From Sphyrna mokarran (lineage: Eukaryota): 64,000 bases of DNA. Below the pieces are notes generated by a model, which had not been told where the DNA came from, searched no databases, and saw only the letters and a program-made list of their open reading frames with translations. Of this stretch, positions 1 to 13,758 are shown piece by piece; position 1 is the first letter of the stretch; each line of letters starts with the position of its first letter. The DNA is taken from NCBI GenBank assembly GCA_024679065.1, contig JAGIQG010000006.1:8060001-8124000 (forward strand), given 5' to 3'. A program made the translations under genes and the position numbers.

Positions 1-2185
1 TTGTGTGAAAAACTGCCCTCTAATATTTGTCTTATACATAGCCCCCCTCACCCTATGGCCATGACCCCTCATCCTATCCATTTCTGAAGGTGCAAAAAGT
101 TTACCTCCATTTACTCTATCTATACCCCTTATAATCTTATACACCTCTATGAGATCCCCTCTAAGCCGATGTCTTTCAAGGGAAAACAACCCCAGTCTAT
201 CTAATCGTTCCTCATAAGACAGTCCTTCCATACCAGGCAGCATCCTGGTAAACCTCCTCTGCACTCTCTCCAAGGACTCCACATCCTTCCGATAGTACGG
301 CGACCAGAACTGGACGCAGTATTCCAAGTGAGGCCTAACCAACGTTCTATACAACTGCAACATCAAACTCCTACTCTTGTATTCTATACCCTTTTCTATG
401 AAAGCTAACATACTATACGCCTTCTTTATCACCTTCTCCACCTGTGAGGACACCTTCAGAGACTTGTGAACCTGCACCCCCAAGTCTCTCTGCGTCTCTA
501 TGCTCCGTACCTTTTATCCTATAACTCTCTTCTACATTTTTCCGGCCAAAATGCATCACCTCGCATTTATCCGGATTAAATTCCATTTGCCATCTATCTG
601 CCCAGTCTACCAACCTATCTATGTCCTGTTGTATTGCCTGACACTGCTCCTCTGTACCCGCCAATCCAAGCATCTTGGTGTCATCAGCAAATTTGCTGAT
701 CTCACCACCTACCCCAACTTCCAAGTCGTTTATGTAGACCACAAATAGAAGAGGACCTAGTACTGAGCCTTGTGGCACTCCACTAGTGACAGGCTTCCAG
801 CCGGAAAAAGCCTTCCACTACTACCCTCTGTCTCCTCCTCCCGAGCCAGTTCTCGACCCATCTACATACCCGACCCTGTATCCCATGCGCCTTCACCTTC
901 TCTATCAGTCTACCATGAGGAACCTTGTCAAACGCTTTACTGAAATCCATGTAGACGACATCAACAGCCTGTCCTTCATCAACTGTTTTTGTCACTTCTT
1001 CAAAAAATTCCACTAGATTTGTAAGACAAGACCTCCCCTTGACAAAGCCATGCTGCGTATCCCTGATCAGATCGCAGCGCTCCAGATGCTCATACATCCT
1101 GTCCCTGAGGATCCTCTCCATTAGCTTACCTATAACTGAAGTCAAGCTCACCGGCCTATAGTTCCCTGGGTTATCCCTCTGCCCTTTTTTAAACAACGGT
1201 ACTACGTTTGCTATCCTCCAGTCCTCTGGGACCTCACCTGTGTCCAAGGAAGAGACAAAGATTTGCGTCAGAGGCCCAGCCAAGTCTTCCCTCAACTCCC
1301 TTAGCAGCCTGGGTAAATGCCATCAGGCCCCGGAGCTTTATATGTCTTTAAGCTGCCTAACAGCCCCAACACCTCTTTCCTCGTAATACTTATTTCCCTC
1401 AACCGATCCTCAACTTTGTCAACATCAGGCACAGACATCTGTCCAGTCTCCTGCGTGAATACCGACGCAAAGTATTCATTCAGGATCTCCCCCATTTCCT
1501 CAGGCTCTAAGCATAGATCCCCTCCTCTGTCCCTAAAAGGTCCAATCTTGCCTCTAACCATCCTTTTGCTCCTTACATAGGTGTAAAATGCCTTTGGATT
1601 TTCCTTTATCCTACCTGCCAGAGCCACCTCGTGGCCCCTTTTTGCCTTTCTAATACCCCTTTTAAGATCCCGTCTACACTCTCTATAAGCTTCCAGCGCT
1701 GTCTCAGCCCCCAGTTGCCTAGATCTAATGTAAGCCTCTCGCTTCTTCCTGATCAAGTCCTCAATCTCCCTGGTAAGCCACGGTTCTCTAATCCTACCTT
1801 TCCCATCCTTCCTCCTTGCCGGCACGTATCTTTCCTGCAGAGTTTTAGTTTTCCCTTGAAAGACTCCCACATGTACCTCGTCGACCTGCCCTCGGAAAGC
1901 TTATCCCAGTCGGTATCTTTAAGATCTTGCCTAATCTGGCTGTATCTAGCCCTCCCCCAGTTAAATACCTTCCCTTTTGGGCCGGTCTCGTCCTTTTCCA
2001 TTAATATCCTAAAGCAGACAGAGTTGTGATCACTATTTGACACCTGCTCTCCTACCTCGACGTCACCCACCTGGCCTGGCTCATTCCCCAGAACCAAATC
2101 CAGTATAGCCCCCTCTCTAGTCGGGCCATCCACATACTGCTCCAAGGACCCTTCCAAAACACACTGTACAAATTCCTCCCCGTCC
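1..2185 (-). mobile_element. CR1 LINE (family-B-related), 5'-truncated ORF2 (EN-RT) with frameshifts; 3' end lies outside the window
   Basis: Minus-strand ORFs with SDHN, PGPDG, YRPVSLTS, PQGSVLGP and FADD motifs. Similar to the 45310-47803 copy. Confidence 0.93.
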
Positions 2186-2235
2186 CCGTCAATTTTAAAC
2201 TGAGATTAGGCCTCACTGCTTTCCAAGTGGTTAAT

Positions 2236-3870
2236 GATGAACAAAGAACAAAGGAAATTACAGCACAAGAACAGGCCTTTCGGCTTTCCAAGCCTGCACT
2301 GACCATGCTGCCCCACTGAACTAAAACTCCCTTCCCTTCCGGGGACCATTTACTTCTAATCCCATCCTATTCATCTATTTGTTCAGATGCCCCTTAAAAG
2401 TCATTATCATATCTGCTTCACTACCTCCCCTGGCAGCAAGTTCCAGGCACCCACCACCCTCTGTGTAAAAAATCTGCCTCATACATTTCCTTTAAACCTT
2501 GCCCTTCGCACTTACAACCTGTGCCATCTAGTAATTGATTTTTCCATCCTGGGAAAAAGCCTCTGACTATCCATTCTGTCATCCCTCTCATAATCTTGTA
2601 GACTTCTATCAGATCTCCCCTTAATTTCCATTGTTCCAGTGAGAACAAACCAAATTTCTCCAAACTCTTCTCATAGCTAATGCCCTCCATACCAGGCAAC
2701 ATCCTGATAAATCTTTTCTGTACCCTCTCCAAAGCCGTCACATCCTTCTAGTAGTGTGATGACCAGAATTGAACACTATATTCCAAGTGCAGCCTAACTA
2801 AGGTTCTATAAAGCTGCAACATGACTTGCCAATTTTTAAACTCAATGTTCCAGCCGATGAAGGCAAGCATGCCACATGCCTTCTTGAGTACCTTCTTTAC
2901 CTTTGTGGCCACTTTCAGTAACCTGTATACCTGTACAGCCAGATCCCTCTGCCTATCAGTACATATGGGTTCTGCCATTTACTGTATATTTTTTATCTAT
3001 ATTAGACCTTACAAAATGCATAACCTCACAATTTTCCGGATTAAACTCCGTTTGCTACCTCTCCAAGTCTCCATCTGATCTATATCCTGTTGTATCCTCT
3101 GATGGTCTTCATCACTGTCCACAAATCCATCAACTTTTGTGTCATCTGCAAACTTACTAATCAATCCAGTTACATTTTCCTCCAAATCATTTATATGTAT
3201 TACAAACAGCAATGGTCCCAGCACTAATCCCTGAAAAATGCCATTTGTGACAGCTCTCCATTCAGAAACACACCTGTCTTCTATGACCAAGCCAATTCTG
3301 TATTCATCTTGCCAGTTCGTTCATCTGCAACTTCCCCTTCTGCACCAATCTGCCATGACGGACCTTGTCAAAGGCCTTACTGAAGTCATGTAGACAACAT
3401 CCACTGCCTTACCCTCATTAATCATCTTTGCCACTTCCTCAAAAAACTCGATCATGCTAGTGAGACATGAGCTCTCCTTCACAAAACCATGTTGCCTGTC
3501 ACAAATATGTCCATTTATTTCCAAGTGAGAATAAATCCTGTCTAGAAGAATTCTCTTCAATGATTTCCCTACCATTAATGTAAGGCTCACCGGTCTGTAA
3601 TTATCTGGATTATTCTTGCTGTCCTTATTAAACAAAGGAACAACATTGGCTATTCTCCAATCTCTGGGACTCCCTTCTAGCCAGTGAGGATACAAAGATT
3701 TTGCTCAAGACCTCAGAAATTTCCTCCTTTGCTTTGCTCTGTGTTCTGGGGTATATCTCATCAAGCCCTGGGGACTTGTCTACCTTAATGTTTCTCAACA
3801 ACCCCAATACCTTCTCTTTTCTGATTTCAACATGACTCAAACTATCTACACATCCTTCCCCAGATTCATT
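2236..3870 (-). mobile_element. CR1 LINE family D, degenerate 3' part with (TTCTTTG)n tail
   Basis: RT fragments (ORFs 2421-3894) and GAACAAA repeats at ~2239. Same 3'UTR as the 50497 copy. Confidence 0.9.
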
Positions 3871-4896
3871 TGGAATACATTTTTGTAAATGCACATCGTG
3901 TGATTGTTATAAAGCAAGGTGGATCCTGGTCTCTGAGAACTAACTCAGACACCCAAAGAGGAGGACCTTGTCTTAAAATCTGTAAAAAATGCTAGTGAAG
4001 TGATGTGATCTGCTCTTCAACACCTTCTGATTGTTAAATAGAAAAATAAATTCCTAACATTCTCTCTCTAAAACTATCACATAACAATTTATTTATCTAA
4101 CTAAAAGTGAACCAATGACTGGCAAAGCCAAAACACAATCTGACAGCAATCTGGAACACCCGACCGCGCAGACCAACCTTTCAATGCAGGACCTGCAAGC
4201 AAGGCAACAAATCCCCCATCCACATGCCGACCAGAGTGAAGAGCCTCATTGGACACAACCATATCCTTAACACCGCAAACCACTCTCACTGTCTCTCATG
4301 CTCAAACAGAAGCAGACATTCCGGGAAGTATTGAAATGTACAGGGCTAGAGGTGAGAGTGAAACAATGCAGTCCCAAGCCTCCCTCCCCAGCTTATTCGT
4401 TGCAAATGTCCAATCTCTGGAAAACAAGCTAGATGAAGTTAAAGCCAGGCTCACTTTCGAAAAAGAACTGAGGGACTGCTGTGCATTCTGTTCCATGGAG
4501 ACCTGGCTCACCCTGCTTCACCGGCCAATGCTCTACAATCAGAGGACTTCTCAATCCATCGAATGGACTGCAGAGCGGCCTCAGGCAAAGCCAGGGAAGG
4601 AGAGATCTGCTTCCTAATCAACACCTCATGATGCATAGACATAGCCAAACTAGCAACATTCTGCTCACACAAGCCACTAGCTTTTGGAACATGGCCCCTT
4701 CATCAGGTGAGTGGGAGTTCTGTTCACAAATATGGCATATAAAGACACAGCCTCCATTTATAAAATAATGATTGAAATGCATGTCTTTACAAGTTAGCAA
4801 GTCTTAAAGGTACAGAAAATGCAGGTGGAGAGAAGGTTAAGTACAGGTTGAAGAGATGTATATTGTCTCCAGCCAGTACTAGAGACAAAGCACACA

Positions 4897-5485
4897 AGAT
4901 GGGCACATGAATAGAATGGGAATGGACGGGTACAGAAAACTGATTTAAAATAGGGATCATGAGCCTTGGGAGTCCCTGGGAAGTGTGTAAATAGATGATG
5001 ATATTGATGTACTTGTTTTTATCATACAGATGCTTTGGTCCACCTTGTTGTCTAACAAGGGGCATACACATGATGGGTCGTGAGAGGGCTGCTCTTGGAT
5101 CTTTTTTCGAGAATATCCTAGTGCTTCACGTTGTTAGTGTACGCTTGACCTGGACCATTTGATGGGCAACACGACAGCTCAGTGACTATCACTGTGCTGG
5201 GCAGATACATGGATTTGGGCCTGTGTCTGTGGGAGTTTGCACATTCTCCCCGTGCTTACGTGGGTTTTCTCCAGGCACTCCGGTTTCCTTCCACACCCCA
5301 GAGATGTGCTCTTAGACTAATTGGCAAAACAAATTCTCCCTAAATTGTCTCAAATTTGGTTTTTAATACATAGATCTATAAACTTGGACAGGGATCGCAG
5401 GTAGAGTTGGGAACATCGGGGTGGCGGCACAGGCTCGTTGGGCCGAAGGGCCTGTTTCCCGTGCTGTATTGTTCTTTGTTCTTTG
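4897..5485 (+). mobile_element. CR1 family B 3' end (long structured 3'UTR + SINE-derived body + TTCTTTG tail)
   Basis: Matches the 3'UTRs attached to ORF2 at 38219-38820 and 47220-47803. Confidence 0.85.
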
Positions 5486-5564
5486 TAAAGACTTGCATTC
5501 CAGCCATTATTTTATAAATTGAGTTTATGTCTTTACATGTCCTGTTTATGAACAGAACTCCCAC

Positions 5565-5602
5565 TTATCTGACGAAGGGCAATGCTCCGAAAGCTAGTGG
5601 CT
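5565..5602 (+). ncRNA. Minimal Penelope-type hammerhead ribozyme motif
   Basis: CTGACGA-A-GGGC-AAT-GCTC-C-GAAA-GCT: conserved core boxes, short stem II and palindromic AGCT in the stem III position. Confidence 0.6.
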
Positions 5603-5619
5603 TGTGCTACCAAATAAAC

Positions 5620-6378
5620 AATGATCAAAAAACAAAGAACAAAGAACAAAACAGCACGGGAAACAGGCCCTTTGGCCCAAGGAGCCCGCGCCGCCACCTC
5701 GATGTTCCCACCTCTACCCGTGATCCCTGTCTATGTTTATAGATCTATGGATTAAAAACCAAATTTGAGACAATTTAGGGAGAATTTGTTTTGCCAATTA
5801 GCCTAAGAGCACATCTTGGGATGTGGGAGGAAACTGGAGCACCCGGAGAAAACCCACGCAAGCACGGGGAGAATGCGCAAACTCCCACAGACACAGGCCC
5901 AAATCCATGTATCTGCACAGCACAGCGATAGTCACTGATCTGTCGTGTTGCCCATCAAATGGTCCAGGTCAAGCGTACACTAACGACGTGAAGCACTAGG
6001 ATACTCTCAAAAAATCCAAGAGCAGCCCTCTCACAACCCATCACGTGTATGCCCCTCGTTAGACAACAAGGTGGACCAAAGCACCTGTAGGATAAAAACA
6101 AGTACATCAATATCATCATCTATTTACACACTTCCCAGGGACTCCCAAGGCTCATGATCCCTATTTTAAATCAGGTTTCTATACCTCTCCATTCTTATTC
6201 TGTTCATGAGCCCATCTAAGTATTTCTTAAATAACTCCAGAGTACCTGCCTCCACCACTTTACTTGGCAGCGCATTCCATACCCCCACCACCTTCTGTGA
6301 GAAAAAACTACCTCTAGCATCCAAATTATACCTTACCCCCCTCACCCTAAGCCCGTGACCCCTCGTGCTATTTGAGTC
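5620..6378 (-). mobile_element. CR1 family B 3' end including the last part of ORF2
   Basis: Reverse complement of 4897-5485 plus the ORF2 C-terminus. Confidence 0.88.
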
Positions 6379-6453
6379 CTGTTGGACTTTAACCGGATGT
6401 TATGAAACTTCTTACTTTGTTTACCCCAGTCCAATATTGGCATTTCCACATTA

Positions 6454-8259
6454 CATAGAACATAGAACATAGAACATAGAACAATACAGCACAGAACAGG
6501 CCCTTCGGCCTTCGATGTTGTGCCGACCAAAATAAAAAGCAATGCCCCTCCTAACTAAACCATTCCCTTCTCATCCATATACTTATCAACTAACCTCTTA
6601 ACGCCACCAAACTTGGCGCATCTACAACAGCTGCAGGCAGGGCATTCCACTCCCTAATCACTCTTTGAGTAAAGAACCTACCTCTGATATCCGTCCTATA
6701 ACTCATACCCCTTAATTTAAAGCTGTGTCCCCTCGTGCTAGCTTTCTCCATCCTAGGAAAAAGGGCTATCACTGTCCACCCTATCTAAACCTCTAATCAT
6801 CTTATATGCTTCAATAAGATCCCCTCTTAGCCGCCTCCTTTCTAACGAAAACAACGTCAAATCCTTCAACCTCTCTTCATAGGACCTGCCCTCCATACCA
6901 GGCAACATCCTGGTAAACCTCCTCTGTACCCTCTCCAATGCCTACACATCTTTCTTATAATGTGGCGACCAGAACTGCACACAATACTCCAAGTGCGGCC
7001 GCACTAGAGTTTTGTACAGCTGCAACCTGATGCTGCGGCTCCTAAATTCAATCCCCCTACCAATAAAAGCTAAGACTCCATAAGCCTTCTTAACAACTTT
7101 ATCCACTTGACTGCCTACGTTCAGGGATCTATTGACACATACACCAAGATCCTTCTGTTCCTCAACACTATTAAGAGCCCTCCCATTAGCCCTATACTCT
7201 ACACATTTATTGTTCCTGCCAAAGTGCATTACCTCACACTTTTCCACATTAAAATCCATTTGCCACCTCTCGGCCCAGCTCTGCAACTTGTCCAAGTCAC
7301 TCTGTAAACTAAAACAACCCTCTTCACTATCTACCACACCACCAACTTTAGTATCATCTGCAAATTTACTGATCCATCCCTCAATACCCTCATCCAGATC
7401 ATTTATAAAAATTACCAACAGCAGGGGCCCCAAAACAGACCCCTGAGGCACACCACTTGTCACCGAACTCCACGATGAATATCTCCCATCAACCACCACC
7501 CTCTGTCTTCTATCTGCCAGCCAATTTCTACTCCAATTAGCTAAATCACCCTCTATTCCACACATCTGCATTTTCTGTAGAAGTCTTCCATGGGCCACCT
7601 TATCAAAAGCCTTACTAAAGGCCATATATACTACATCAACCGCCTTACCCCCATCCACCTCTCTGGTCACTTTCTCAAAAAACTCAATGAGTTTAGTAAG
7701 GCATGACCTACCCTTCACGAAACCATGCTGACTATCCCCAATCAATTCATTTCTCTCCAAATAACTATAAATCCTATCCCTAATAATACTCTCCAATACC
7801 TTGCCCACCACAGAAGTAAGACTCACTGGCCTATAATTCCCAGGAAGGTCTCTCTTCCCCTTCTTAAACAATGGGACCACATTCGCCATCCTCCAGTCCT
7901 CCGGAACCACACCCGTAACCAACGAGGACCTGAAGATCAGAGCCCGAGGCTCTGCAATCTCCTCTCTTGCCTCCCAGAGAATCCTAGGGTAAATCCCGTC
8001 CGGCCCAGGGGACTTATCCAACTTCAAACCCTCGAGAATTTCTAACACATCCTCCCTATCTACTACAATACTCCCCAATTTGCAAACCTGTACCTCAGTG
8101 CTCTCCACAGCTACATTTCCAGCACTCTGCGTGAATACCGAAGAGAAATATTTATTCAGTGCCTCGCCAATCTCTTCAGGCTCCATGCACAACTTCCCAC
8201 TGCTATCTATGACTGGCCCTAATCTTGCCCTAACCAATCTTCTATTCTTAACATATCGA
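6454..8259 (-). mobile_element. CR1 family A, 5'-truncated, young; RT nearly open (443-aa ORF)
   Basis: ORF 6942-8273, (TTCTATG)n tail, near-identical to 25800-27616. Confidence 0.96.
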
Positions 8260-10704
8260 GTTATAATTATCATTATAACTCTCTGCTCCCCTGTTGCTAA
8301 AATGCTGCCCCTACTACCTTCTGCGGGAGTTCACCTCTGTTATCCCGATGGCAGTTTACATCTTACCCCATGCAGATGTGAAAATCATGCTGGATGAAAT
8401 ATACACTACTACGAATAGGCCTTGTTCATCGTGGCCGGGGACTTCAATCAGGCCAAGCTCAAGAGTGTACTACCAAGTTACTACCAACAGTAGTCTCCTG
8501 TTCCACCAGAGGCCCAAACATTCTAGACCATTCTACACAAGTATCAAATACCGCTCTATGACCCGCCCACAGTTTGGCAAATCAGACCATGATACTGTGC
8601 TCCTATTCTCAGTTTACAAGCAAAAACTAAAGTGGGAGAATCCATCAAAGAGAGTTGTGCAATGTTGGTCTAAGGAATTGGATGATCTCCTATAGGGCTG
8701 CTTGGAGTCAGTGGACTGGACAATATTTAAAAACTCTGTGACCAACTCTGTGAACAAGTATGCCACTACAGTAACTGACTTCATTAATAAGTGTGTAGAA
8801 TTCTGTGTGCCAAAGAAGCAAATCCATGTGTTCCCAGCTGGAAACTATTGGTGAACAGGGATAATCTTTGCTTGCTGAAGTCTAGAATGATGCGTTCAAA
8901 TCAGGCGACCCTGATCTATACAAGAAAGCCAGATATGATCTAGAGAGATCCATCAAAGATACCAAAAGATAGTTCCGGACCAAGCTAGAGTTCCAGGTTA
9001 GCCACATTCACCCCTGCTCTCTATGGCAAGGCCTGCAAAACATTACAGGCTACAAGAGGAAGGCATATAAAATCGTTGGTACCAACACACCCTTTCCCTA
9101 ATGAACTGAATGTATTCCATGCTCGTTTTGAGCAAGAGATCAGCGAGAACATGCCCCCCCTACCCTGGAAGCCCTGGACAAACCTCTACCTGGTGTCACC
9201 ATTGTCACCATTGCAGACGTGAGAGCAACTTTCTTCAAGGTCAACCCACAGAAAGTGACTGGCCTGGATGGGGTACCCAGATGAGCACTCAGATCCTGCA
9301 TAGATCAGCTGGTGGGAGTATTCACAAAATGTCTTCAACCTCTCTTTACAACCATTTGAAGTCCCTGTCTGCTTCAAGAAGATGACCATCATCCCAGTAC
9401 CTAAGAAAAACCAAGAAGACTATTGGCTGTTGGCTCTGACAACCATCATTATGAAGTGCTTCGAAATGTTAGTCATGGCACAAATCAATTCCAGTCTCCC
9501 GGATGACCTGGATCCCACTACAGTCTGCCTATCACTGCAACAGGTCCACAGTAGACGCCATTTCCTTGGCCCTGCACTCAGCCATGGAATACCTAGATAA
9601 CAAGGACACCTATGTCAGACTCCTATTTATTGACTGCAGCTCAGCCTTCAACAGCGTTATTCCCATAAAACTCATCTCTGGGCTCCATGGCCTGGGCCTC
9701 AGCACCTTCCTCTGTGACTGGATTCTGAATTTCCTAACTCACAAACCACAATCAGTAAGTATCGGCAAGAACATCTCCTCCACAACCATTCGGTGTCCCA
9801 CAAGGTTGTGCTCTCAGCCCCCTACCATACTCCATATACACATAACTATGTGGTTAAATTCCTCTACAATTTAAATTTGCTGATGACATCACCTTAGTGG
9901 GTTGGATTTCAAACAATGATGAGACAGAGTACAAGAATGAGATAGAGGATCTGATGAACTGTGGTGGCAACAATAATCTCACCCTCAATATCAACAAAAC
10001 AAAGAGACTGTCATCGACTTCAGGAAGTGAAAAGGAGAACATGTCTGTGTCTACATCAATGGAATGAAGTAGAAAGGGTCAAGACCTTCAAGTTTTTAGG
10101 TCTCCAGATGACCAACAACCTGAGCTGGTCCATCAATTCTGACACGATAGTTAAAAATGCTCACCAATGCCTCTAGTTCTCAGAAGACTATGGAAAGAAG
10201 ACTATGAGCACTGTGAGAATAAATTAACATAAATGCTCTGGTGGCAAGTCAGGCTGAGGATGTGAATAACTTGCCCCACAATCTTGAACGCCTGTCCACA
10301 ATGCAAGTCAGGACTGACAGAATACTCTCCACAAACTGGATGGGTGCAGATCAAACAAGAAGATCAACGTCATTGAGGCAAAAAACCCCGCACATGGTTG
10401 GCACTCTATCACCACGTTAAACATTCATTAATGCCACTGTCAAAATCCTGAAACTCCATTCCTAACAGCACTGTAGGAGTACTTACTGCAGTGGTTGAAG
10501 AAGGCAGTCCTATACCACCTTCTACAAAATTAGGAATGGGCAGTAAATGTTGGCCTTGCCAGCAACACACAATCCCATGAAGGAATGCAAAATAAATTTA
10601 AAATTGAATGTTTAATATTAGAGAGAACTTTAATATTAGAGAGCACTGAAACTCTAGAAGCCAAATATAAATAGAACCCATCACCAGTTCTTCAGTATTC
10701 CTTC

Positions 10705-11778
10705 TGGATTAGGAATTGGCCAGCTGATAGAAGACAGAGGGTGGTGGTTGATGGAAGTTATTCATCGTGGAGTTCGGTTACAAGTGGTGTACCTCAGAGA
10801 TCTGTTTTGGGGCCCCTGCTGTTTGTAATTTTTATAAATGATCTGGATGAGGGTATTGAAGGATGGATTAGTAAATTTGCGAACGACACCAAAGTCAGAG
10901 GAGTGGTAGATAGTGAAGAGGGGTGTTCTAGTTTGCAGAGAGACTTGGACAAGTTGCAGAGCTGGGCTGAGAGGTGGCAAATGGAGTTTAATGCGGAGAA
11001 GTGTGAGGTAATTCACTTTGGCAGGAATAACAAATGTGTAGAGTATAGGGCTAATGGCAGGACTCTTAATAGTGTTGAAGAACAGAGGGATCTTGGTGTA
11101 TATGTGCATAGATCCCTGAAAGTTGGCAATCAAGTCGATAAGGTTGTTAAGAAGGCATATGGAGTCTTAGCTTTTATTGGTAGGGGGATTGAATTTCGGA
11201 GCCGCAACGTCATGTTGCAACTGTACAAAACTCTAGTGCGGCCGCATTTGGAGTATTGTGTGCAGTTCTGGTCCCCGCATTATAAGAAAGATGTGGAGGC
11301 ATTGGAGAGGGTACAGAGGAGGTTTACCAGGATGTTGCCTGGTATGGAAGGCAGGTCTTATGAAGAGAGGCTGAGGGATTTGAGGTTGTTTTCGTTAGAA
11401 AGAAGGCGACTAAGAGGAGACCTTATTGAAACATATAAGATGATTAGAGGTTTAGATAGGGTGGTCAGTGATAGCCTTTATCCTAGGATGGAGAAAGCTA
11501 GCACGAGGGGACATAGCTTTAAATTGAGGGGTGGTAGTTATAGGATGGATATCAGAGGTAGGTTTTTTATCCAGAGGGTGGTTAGGGTATGGAATGCCCT
11601 GCCTGCGGCAGTTGTAGATGCGCCAAGTTTGGTGGCGTTTAAGAGGTTAGTAGATAAGTTTATGGACGAAAAGAGAATGGTTTAGGTTAGAGGGTCATTG
11701 CTTTTTCCTAATTGACCGGCGCAACATCGAAGGCCGAAGAGCCTGTTCTGCGCTGTAATGTTCTGTGTTCTATGTTCT
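10705..11778 (+). mobile_element. CR1 family A 3' fragment
   Basis: 314-aa RT C-terminal ORF, 3'UTR hairpin and TTCTATG tail. Confidence 0.95.
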
Positions 11779-11989
11779 TTCTCACTCAATCATCCTCCTC
11801 TCTTGATGCTATAATACAGAATTATTTGAAGTGTTTCTTCACTTCCAGTGAAACCCACAAGAGATGTTGATCATTGTCACTCAATTTAGTAGCTAATGGG
11901 ACATCCACTTGTGTTGATCAGTAACAGACATATTCATTTAAAGCTGAAGAAGTGGCATGCATCTCAGCATTTCAGAGAATGAGAGATTT

Positions 11990-12950
11990 TAGGTGGAATT
12001 TTATGAGATATTTTCTAAGTGCCCAGCTAGTTTGAATATGGGAGAGTTCCAGATCTACTTTTTGAGCAAGTTTTTACACCCAACCTTATGCACTCTGCCT
12101 GTGAAAAGATGAACTATTCCGTTTCTAGCCAATGAGGATTTGGACGGGGCTTAACTCACCACACAATCTGTAGAGGGAGGTATTGCACATGTACAGAAGT
12201 CTGATTCTGCACATGTAGATTAACAGTAGCAGAACTCTGGCAAACAGAGAAAGCACAGTCAGGCCCTGCTACTGCAGACCGCCTTAACTAGCTACCTGTC
12301 CCCACCGGAATTGGGGCGCCCATGGCCCAAGATGCGGCTCCCGCCATCCAGACAGATTGTGGCTCCACCATCCAGAACAATCACGCCTTCCCTCTCTCCC
12401 CCACCAATCACAAGCACATCGGCAGCAGGCCCCCTGCCCCCCCAATGGCCTCACACATTGGCCCCACCCCTGACATGCCCCAATCAGCTCACCCCCATAG
12501 GCCCCATCCCCAGCTCTGCCCAGTGGGCATTGCCCAGCTGCCAGGCTAGCATTGCCAGTCTGGCACTGCCCAAGGTGCATCTGCACTTTGTACTTGACCT
12601 CCCCAGGAGCCTCCAGTTCCACCACCAAGGCCAACATGACTGTTCCCCATTTGTGGGGAGCAAGTGCTTTCATCACCAGAGAGAACCTTCCCTAGTGAGG
12701 CCATAAAGTCAATTAAGCCCAGATGATTAAGCGGAGGGCTCGCTAAACACATTGAATCAAACATGTAGCTAAATTTAAATAAATAAATCAGCCTCTCGCC
12801 CATTTCCGGTGACCACGCCAGTAATCCAGATGTTGTAAAATAGCATCAGGCGCAAAAACCAATGTCATTCGCAATAGCTGCGTTATGCCTGAATTTACAA
12901 GATTTTCCCACCAGAAAATGGGTGTAAAGTGGCGATAAAATTCTGCTCTC
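11990..12950. mobile_element. Probable non-autonomous DNA-transposon-like repeat; a related copy starts at ~41068
   Basis: Ends ggtggaatttta / taaaattctgct are imperfect inverted repeats. The first ~60 nt and the C-rich interior resemble 41068-41670. Confidence 0.45.
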
Positions 12951-13758
12951 TGCATCAGCTTTAAATCTAATCCATCTAATCTAATGTCCATCAAATTCCA
13001 TAGGGGTTAAATTGATTTTAATAGGGATGTTATAATGCTGGTACACCAGCAACCCACTCCAACACATTGTACTGCACACAACAAGCGCTGGTACTCAGGC
13101 AAATTGTTGGGGCAACCGTGGGGAAAAGTAGAAAAGTCAAGGTTTTACACTGGTTTCTGTGGGTCTACCAGGGTGGTTTTAGGAGATCTTGTGATGCAGT
13201 GGACAACTTCCATCCGTCTGTACCAGAAACTCCAAGTTTGAATCCCATCCCAGGACTTGATAACCAAGGAAGGTACGTTCATGATGCAGCTAAACAGGTT
13301 TGGGTGTCTACCTGCTAATCCTTCCAAATATGCCAATGGCTGGCGGTAAGAATGGGAGAGACTCCTGGTCAGCAATACTTGATGTGCAGTGCTGCTCCTC
13401 AAACCAAAAACTCCTGGTGATGGGATTTGTGACTTGTTCTGGAAAATACTAGCTATGGAAACAGATAAAAATCTGCTTTTGTGCACTAGTAGGTGTGGGA
13501 AGAGAATTGGAATGGAACTGGGGTGGTTTACATTATGTATTGATGACTTTCTGAAGACAGCCATTATCTGTGGTGACAGATGGCTTTGTGCTTTCTAGTG
13601 ATTGTTTAAGAGGTATGGAGTACCCACAGGGGTAAGATACTGCCCGCTAAGTTACAAGATTGTGCAATCAAGTCGCTCTCCATATGCACACTCAATGAAG
13701 TAAGTAAAAGATTCTATGACACTATTTTGAAGAAGAATGGGAGAGTTCTCTGTGATAT

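Larger units (their letters stand above)
4666..6452. mobile_element. Penelope-like element remnant with inverted pseudo-LTR segments (4666-4790 vs 5485-5620, continuing 6379-6452), interrupted by two CR1-B 3' ends
   Basis: Inverted similarity between the segments and a CTGAYGA-stemII-GAAA hammerhead core. The same terminal sequence occurs at 41740 and 49500. Confidence 0.7.
4250..10200 (+). mobile_element. Rex1/Babar-type LINE, split by nested insertions (pieces ~4250-4665 and ~8282-10200)
   Basis: EN motifs ANVQSLENKLDE..METWL, then CCPYYLLREF..VYI and GKSDHD. RT-region motifs [39 protein letters not shown] occurs on both sides of the interruption. Confidence 0.8.

Noticed and set aside
5036-5175. 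Y RNA or HDV-ribozyme identity for the family B structure (TGGTCC..CTTGAC, TGGGCAAC)
   Set aside because: Only short word matches. GGGCAAC is explained by the SINE head, and I could not build the HDV nested pseudoknot.
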